DNA of 54,214 nucleotides from Basidiobolus ranarum (Eukaryota): NCBI GenBank assembly GCA_040143965.1, contig JASJQH010006888.1, positions 1 to 54,214 of the forward strand, read 5' to 3'. Shown piece by piece: positions 47,815 to 54,214 of this stretch (position 1 is its first letter; each line of letters starts with the position of its first letter). The notes under the pieces were generated by a model. It saw only the letters and a program-made list of their open reading frames with translations, ran no database searches and was not told where the DNA came from. The position numbers and the translations under genes were made by a program.

Positions 47815-49103
47815 TGTTCAGTGTGTAGATGCTCAGGGTTATATTTTACTTTGACTCCCTTTCTCCCTCTCCCCCATACCTTCATATGACTACTGGGGCC
47901 TTTGCCTTCCACCAAATGTTAGTCCACATTCTTTTACTTAGAGCCACTCTGCTAGTTAAGCTTGGGAAATTATACAAGCCCCTAATCAAGGATTGGCTTC
48001 AAAACACCCACTCCCTAAAGTCCTCTAGCTGGTATGTCAAAGCTGACTCTTCACTTTAGACAGAATTGTCAATTAGGTTTGTCAAAGCTGAAAAGTCCAA
48101 CTTGGTAGCCCAAAGTCCTCTCCTGACTGTGTGAGCCAGCAATTTACAGATGAATACTACTATATTTATAACATAATCCATAGTTCTGTTCAATAATTCA
48201 TTATGTGGAGGGATATCACCTACAGCTTAGTATTTTCTATGAGCCATATATTTTTCTACACTCCAAAGAAATTCTGATTTAATGTAGCCTCCAACAAGAG
48301 ACAAAATATAAACTTGATTATCTGTTAAAGAGGTTCCATACAACTCACTGCCTTCCTTATTCTTGATCAGTTAGAACTAACTAAAATGAAAATTACACCA
48401 TCCTTGATAACTTTGCCTCCGCAAATTAGCACCAATTAAGATGCAGGAGTGAGTACATGGTAAACTTTGTAAAACATTGTGAAGTTATTATTACAATTAA
48501 AAATTCAGAAACAGTTTTTGTGATGAATTCCTATTTTTCTGGTAGAGTTTTTCACTTGCTGTTGGGTTTTAATATACAGGACTTGATCCTATTGTATAAT
48601 AACTACCGAAGCAGGAATGTATCTATAAGGCAGGGCTCAGCAGAGCATCAGAGTCTAAGGAGTCCGGAGTAAAACTTGCGCAAGTGCCAAACAAGTTCCT
48701 CCATTCACCAGTACGTTGATGATATAAAGTGATGCCCGGACATTTCTGGATGATCGGAGCCCAATTTCACCATAAATACAGGGAAATTTGATGAAGGCGA
48801 TTTCATGGTAATTCCGGGCTGATTCCAGTCATAGAATTGCCAATAAGCGTAGCTAAGTATCTTTATCCCCGCTTACGTGTCCGGGTAGCCATGAGCAACC
48901 AATAATATCACCAAAATAGAGTGACTGATTAGTAATTCCTCATTCATTGCGCTCACCAGTATTAGATCTCCATGTCTCAATAGATGAAGCAAATATCTAT
49001 AAAGTCAACGGAACTCGATCCAGAAACTACATTGTTCACTATCTCAATAAAACATCTTCCTCATTGCCTACTTAATCGGAGCTCAAGGAAAAAGTCAAAC
49101 ACA

Positions 49104-50078
49104 ATGCATCTCTCCAACCACTCCCTAATTGGCGACGCTGCCAAGATCCCCACCAGGACCCCTACTCCAGTCCTCTCTTTCAGCCCTGTCGTGCTTCCCT
49201 GTCCAGATCGCAGAGTCGACTTGCAATTACGCGTGTCATCCCCTTCTACAGGCAATGCCCTCCCGATAATCCTCCTCTCCCATGGCCACGGCCAGAGCAA
49301 CTACCTTTCCTCGCTTGATGGTTATAGCCCGTTGGCTGAATTTTGGGCCGGGCATGGTTTTGTGGTCATCCAGCCCACCCACCTCAGCTCGAAATCTCTC
49401 GGTATCAGCCTTGACGCCACGAATATCCGGGAGCTATTTTTAGATTCGCGTGTGCAGGATATGGTCCGGATTCTCGACCAGCTCGACGCTATTGAACAAG
49501 CCGTCCCTCTGCTCAAGGGGCGACTGGATAAGACTATGGTTGCTGTCGCAGGACACTCACTAGGCGCCATGACTGCTAGTATGTTGCTAGGCGCGAAGAA
49601 CACGGATCCTCGTGATGGAACAACGACGCAAATGGTCGACAAGCGTATTAAGACCGGAGTTATAATCGGTGGCACTGGAAGCGGCGGATCAGACCTTTCT
49701 GAGGCGGGGAAAAAGCTCGTCCCTTTTTACGGGCCAGACTTTAGCGAAATGAACACCCCTGCACTTATCGTCTGGGGGGATGAGGACGTGAGTCCGCACT
49801 TGACTGTTCGCGGTGCCGACTGGCATGAAGACCCGTACACATTTTCTTCAGGGCCCAAAGATTCATTCATGGTAAAGGGTGGCAAACATGGTTTTGGTGG
49901 TATTAGTGGGTGGGACGCAGGTGAGACGTTGGATGAGAGTCCAGAGCGATTGGCAGCGGTGCAGAGGATGACGTTGGCATATCTGAAGAGCCAGTTGTAT
50001 GATGGAGACAGAGCCTGGACAGAGGCATGTCAAGCCTTAGAGGGGCTTAAGGGGTTGGGCAAAGTTGAGAGAAAGTGA
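49104..50078 (+). CDS. Chlorophyllase-like alpha/beta hydrolase (324 aa)
   Basis: Intronless, with LPIILLSHGHG, FWAGHGFVVIQPTH, the nucleophile elbow VAVAGHSLG, ALIVWGDED (acid) and GGKHGFGGISG (His). The likely start is the second ATG (acaATG, 49104). Confidence 0.9.
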   Translation: MHLSNHSLIGDAAKIPTRTPTPVLSFSPVVLPCPDRRVDLQLRVSSPSTGNALPIILLSHGHGQSNYLSSLDGYSPLAEFWAGHGFVVIQPTHLSSKSLGISLDATNIRELFLDSRVQDMVRILDQLDAIEQAVPLLKGRLDKTMVAVAGHSLGAMTASMLLGAKNTDPRDGTTTQMVDKRIKTGVIIGGTGSGGSDLSEAGKKLVPFYGPDFSEMNTPALIVWGDEDVSPHLTVRGADWHEDPYTFSSGPKDSFMVKGGKHGFGGISGWDAGETLDESPERLAAVQRMTLAYLKSQLYDGDRAWTEACQALEGLKGLGKVERK

Positions 50079-51337
50079 GGATGGAACTTTATTACCCTAA
50101 CTGACTTATACCACTCAGAAGGTGGAAAATATAAAGATTCATATTTGTTTTAACATTCTGCTTCAAGTTGAAATCATACTCAACCACTCTGATAATAGAG
50201 TTCTTGCCCACCACCTCATTCACTTCCATGGCATACCAGTGTATTCCGACGCCGAGTCTAGATATTTATACACTCTTCGTATCAACCTTGACAGTATCGT
50301 TCTTCAGTTAGTAACCCACAACTTCTCTTCTCTCTGCCCCTCTTTTTCGTCATCAAGGAATACATCATATTCCACTGTCAGCTGCTCAAAGCTTAAAGAC
50401 TGGTTGGAGAAGACCAGGAAAGATAAGTAGTATACAGCGCGGAATTTACAGCCTTCCTGCTACAAAAATAAGTGTGAATAAAGTTCGTCTATTTCTGAAC
50501 GCTTTTCTACAGAAAATCAGCACCTTGTACTCTAATTAGTGTTCTGAAGAATACCGATATGGTGTATTATACAGCTGATTGATCCTATCTAACGATTGAG
50601 TTTCACAAAGAATAAGCAACATGAGATAGCTAGCGCTATTAACTTGTTGAAGCATCCTTAAACCTGTTGGACTTGCAAACTCCACATTGTAAAGTGCGGG
50701 AACTCACCTATCATACATCATAAAATACGGCATCTCCCTTGTCACACTCTTGCATAAAGACCTGCGCTGAATTTCATAATCCCAATACTGTAATGCTGGA
50801 TAAAGCAGTATTGATGTTTCCAAATCATCAGCAATCACAAGACTTAGGCCCACCAACTCGGAAGAATGGGATCCAGTTATGGATTGAATGTGGATCGGAT
50901 TAAATGCAAAATTTCCAAATCAAGGCAAGATCGACAATTTGTAACATTGATCTCTACTAACTTGATTTAGCTCTGATTGATGTATATATATTTCACTTCG
51001 ATCGTGATAACTTTGAGATTTCACATGTTCCTTAGAGTGGCCAATACGGATTATGTAGATTGATGCTGATGAATTTGCATTTGTGGAAGGAGTTTTGAGA
51101 AACGGAAATATTTTTGGTTTTAGTGATATCTATTAATTGACCAAAAATTCAAAGTTTATAAATTTGAAGGTAATACCGAAAGCAAACAATGGAGTTGGTT
51201 TCAGAGCATCTGTAGAAGTAAAATGAGCTACTCTGGGTTCAACTTTGCTAGTTTCCAAATAATATCCATATATATTATATGTCTGCTCAGATTAATCAGG
51301 ATTTATGGTAAGTGCTTACAAGGATGTCTTGTATATT

Positions 51338-51997
51338 AGTGACAGTGAAATCGAGGATTCTGATGAGGATCAAATGGAAGTTGATCGTGAATCTAAGCCC
51401 AAGAAGAAGGGTCAGGCTCAATCCTGAATCAGGGAAGATAATGAAGGACCCCTTGATTTCTTGGATAGACGTGCCGTTTCCCAAGTCACTTCCACTAAAC
51501 CTAATAGGAGAAGTCAATAAATTAAACCTGTTGGGGCTAATTCCAAGGCTTCTGAAGATGGTCGTATTATGATTGATGAGTCTTCCGATTATTCTGAGAA
51601 TGAGCCAGTTGAACTCACCGCCGAACAGCAAGCTCTACGTAAAGTTGAGGGCCATTATCTTGAGGTTATGACTTCTAAGGAAGGATTTACCCGCGTTGGT
51701 AATAAGATCAAGTTCAATAATAAGCGTAGAGGAAATGAGGATGATTTCCCTGAAGAGTAGGAAACCCCAGCTGCTGGTGCTCAAGGACAAAATAAGAGAC
51801 ACAGAGGCAAGGATGACCAAAACGTTGCTAAGGGTGGTCAGAATGTTGGTAAGGAATACAAGGCTAAAAGGGCCGGTGGCGATGTCAAGAAGGGAGGTCT
51901 TGATTCATATACCTATGCTCCATTAAATCGCACATCTCTAAAGTCAAAAGGAAAACTTAACCTCAAGGGGTCAAAGTCTGGTAAAAGATACCACTAG
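51338..51997 (+). pseudogene. RRP12: 3' fragment of RRP12 (ribosome biogenesis HEAT protein) with in-frame stops
   Basis: One frame reads SDSEIEDSDED...QS*IREDNEGPLDFLD...Q*...EDGRIMIDE...YLEVMTSKEGFTRVGNKIKFNNKRR...EE*...GKEYKAKRAGGDVKKGGLDSYTYAPL. Stops are at 51425, 51518 and 51758. No recognisable N-terminal HEAT region lies upstream. Confidence 0.8.
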
Positions 51998-53613
51998 AAA
52001 TCCTTTCGTAGCATTTAATATTGATATCCCCGTTCCGTACCACCCATCAAGCCCAAATGACCATGAATATATTTCTATTATGGCAGCCAAGCTTGTCACA
52101 TCCGCCTACTTTTCTTTAATTATTCCAATTTCAACCCTTTTGACATTTTCGGGAGAATTTGATGTAATTTTTTCCTGCCATCTTACCCTTCATTTATTGA
52201 TTGTTTACTGAATTATCCAACATTTATTCCCAATTTTTGCATGTATTAATAAACGCAAAAAATGAAACTAAGCTTGAAGAATACGAATAGATCATTTTTT
52301 ACACATTTATATATGTATATTTGGTTAACTCACGAGTCATAAAACATTGACGGAAAATAGTAGAAAAGAATAACTGATCTGCAGATATTAGTAAATCCAA
52401 GGATTACTTCAAAAGAAATAACATGTACTAATAATATACAATCTTTGTTGTTTTTACAATTTTCAATTTGATTGGGTGCATTCGAAAGAGTTGAACGCAG
52501 AAGGATTAATCGATGATCTTTATGAAAAAGTTTGGGGGATTCCCCAGGTGCTAGAATGATCTGACCATCATTAAGTTTAGACATGGTCCGATGTGTAGGA
52601 GTTACGCAATCACATACACGGATAGTGGCATTTGTATGTCGTTGACGATTAAAGTGGGGAGAAAAAGTACGACCTTCCCGACGCATGACAACAGGTGGAT
52701 CGAAAGTCGATGAGATATTGGCAGAAAAGCAATTGACTCATGACTTATGCTCATCCGTTTTATAGGATTCACACATCCCTGAGCGTTTCGGATTGATCTC
52801 TTTAGAATGTATGTTCACATAGGAGCTATTTTGCCTGTACCTGTATCTTTGATATACGTGCTGCGGAGATGAACCTTTCTCTTTTTCTGATAGGAAATGA
52901 TCTCCAAGCGGGCTGGCCAGAATATGTATTAGAGGAAACAATCGAATATCCAGAGGGTAAATTGGGAAAATGGTGGGGGAGCGAAAGATCTAAGCCATTG
53001 AGTTTATTACATTGCCAAGTTTAAGACTCAGAATCTAAGTCAAATCCTAAAATAAGTTTAACTTCGAATAGTATGCTTATTCTTGGCAGCAATCAAGTAA
53101 AATAATTGGTCAATATGATGCTTGGTTATTGGTTAGCGTGGCCATGGCCATAGCATCTACATATTCCAATAGTAGATCATGGTCCTTTATTGGTATAGTA
53201 ATAAGCTCAAGGACATGTTTGTTAGAATTTAGCAGAGTAATTTGTAAAAAGAAGATCAATCAATTTATTAGGAAGTGCACACAATATATATACGATTATT
53301 GAGTGACTCACGTAGCGCATTTTCACTTGATTCAATTTGCATATAAACAGTCTTAATTGATTTCATCGAACATGATCTAAGCTGACTCATTTCTTAATAA
53401 TGTTGTAGAGACTTGGTAGTTGTAAATCAATTAATTGAATCATCAAACATATATCTTTCCATATGCAATGAGATTTGCGCTGCGGTATGACAAATATGGC
53501 CAATATAGGTTTTGTAGAAATTCATATTCGTTGTAACAACAGATTCATAAAATCATTGCCCATATATAAGAAGCAACCACGTCCAATTTATCAGCGTAGA
53601 AATCTTTACAATA

Positions 53614-54214
53614 ATGGCAAATCCAAACAAACTTCAAATCATTGGCGCTGGCTTCTGCCGCACTGGAACTTTGTCCACAAAAATTGCTTTGGATAAACTT
53701 GGCTATAATACCTATCATATGATTGAGGTACGTAAAAACGCTACCGTTCAAGGCCCTCTTTGGGTAGACGTTGCCGAAGGTATATTTCATATTGGCTATA
53801 CATCAACGAACCATTCTAATATCCACTTATTTCAAATAGGCAAAGAGCCCAATTGGGATAAAATATTTGAGAACTACACAGCATCTGTAGATTGTCCATC
53901 CTTCTGGTGGTATAAGGATTTGGTTGAGAAATACCCAAATGCTAAAGTTCTCCTGACAGTCCGCGATCCTGAGAAATGGTACAAAAGTTGTAACGATACT
54001 ATCTACAAATTTCGTAAGGTCTGGGAATATCTGGAGATGAGTGATACCAATAAAGCATTGTTTGGCATGAAGGACGCAGTTAATGCAACAGTCTGGGGGC
54101 CAATGGGCTGCTTCCAAGGCCGCTTCCATGACAAGGAGTGGGCGATTGAGAACTTTAAGCGCCATATAGAAGAGGTGAAGAGACTCATTCCTGCGGAGAA
54201 ATTGCTAGTGTTTG
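53614..54214 (+). CDS. Sulfotransferase family 4 (P-loop) protein, runs off the window end
   Basis: MANPNKLQIIGAGFCRTGTLSTKIALDKLGYNTYHM, an intron at ~53780-53839, then NWDKIFENYTASVDCP, YPNAKVLLTVRDPEKWYKS and HIEEVKRLIPAEKLLVF. Confidence 0.9.
   Translation, partial: MANPNKLQIIGAGFCRTGTLSTKIALDKLGYNTYHMIEVRKNATVQGPLWVDVAEGIFHIGYTSTNHSNIHLFQIGKEPNWDKIFENYTASVDCPSFWWYKDLVEKYPNAKVLLTVRDPEKWYKSCNDTIYKFRKVWEYLEMSDTNKALFGMKDAVNATVWGPMGCFQGRFHDKEWAIENFKRHIEEVKRLIPAEKLLVF

Noticed and set aside
51425-51760. Stop-codon reassignment or readthrough explaining the RRP12 stops
   Set aside because: All three stop types occur, all are used as normal terminators by intact genes in the window, and the gene's 5' part is missing.

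Overview
This is AT-rich, intron-rich eukaryotic DNA (short GT..AG introns with CTAAC/CTAAT branch points) from an early-diverging fungus. The gene set and style suggest Basidiobolus or a related Zoopagomycota lineage, but this is inference only. The first ~2.7 kb is an almost CpG-free relic of a Ty3/gypsy retrotransposon with dispersed repeats. About 23 protein-coding genes follow, including PNP1, an alpha-arrestin, a Ppn2-like metallophosphatase, a Rib2/Pus9-like pseudouridine synthase, PPIL2/Cyp8, a LURP-one protein, a CBM18-CE4 chitin deacetylase, ELP2, a stand-alone C2 protein, a bestrophin, a DUF4286-like protein, a SAM-HMG-AT-hook protein, an Ecl1-family protein, a bacterial-type LysP permease, a Med15-like protein, UTP18 and a Sulfotransfer_4 protein. 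A tRNA-Leu(CAG) borders a ~6 kb accessory tract. That tract holds two convergent pseudogenes of a secreted Gly/Asn-rich 34-aa-repeat protein, a CpG-void stretch, a GC-rich intronless chlorophyllase-like hydrolase (horizontal transfer candidate) and an RRP12 3' pseudogene fragment. The most novel-looking items are a three-exon gene that appears to fuse a peroxiredoxin/AhpC-like domain to an F-box motif, a small protein of tandem helix+PY-motif repeats, and (TTAGGG)n telo-box-like motifs scattered through non-coding DNA. All family calls come from motif recognition by eye; no database search was run.
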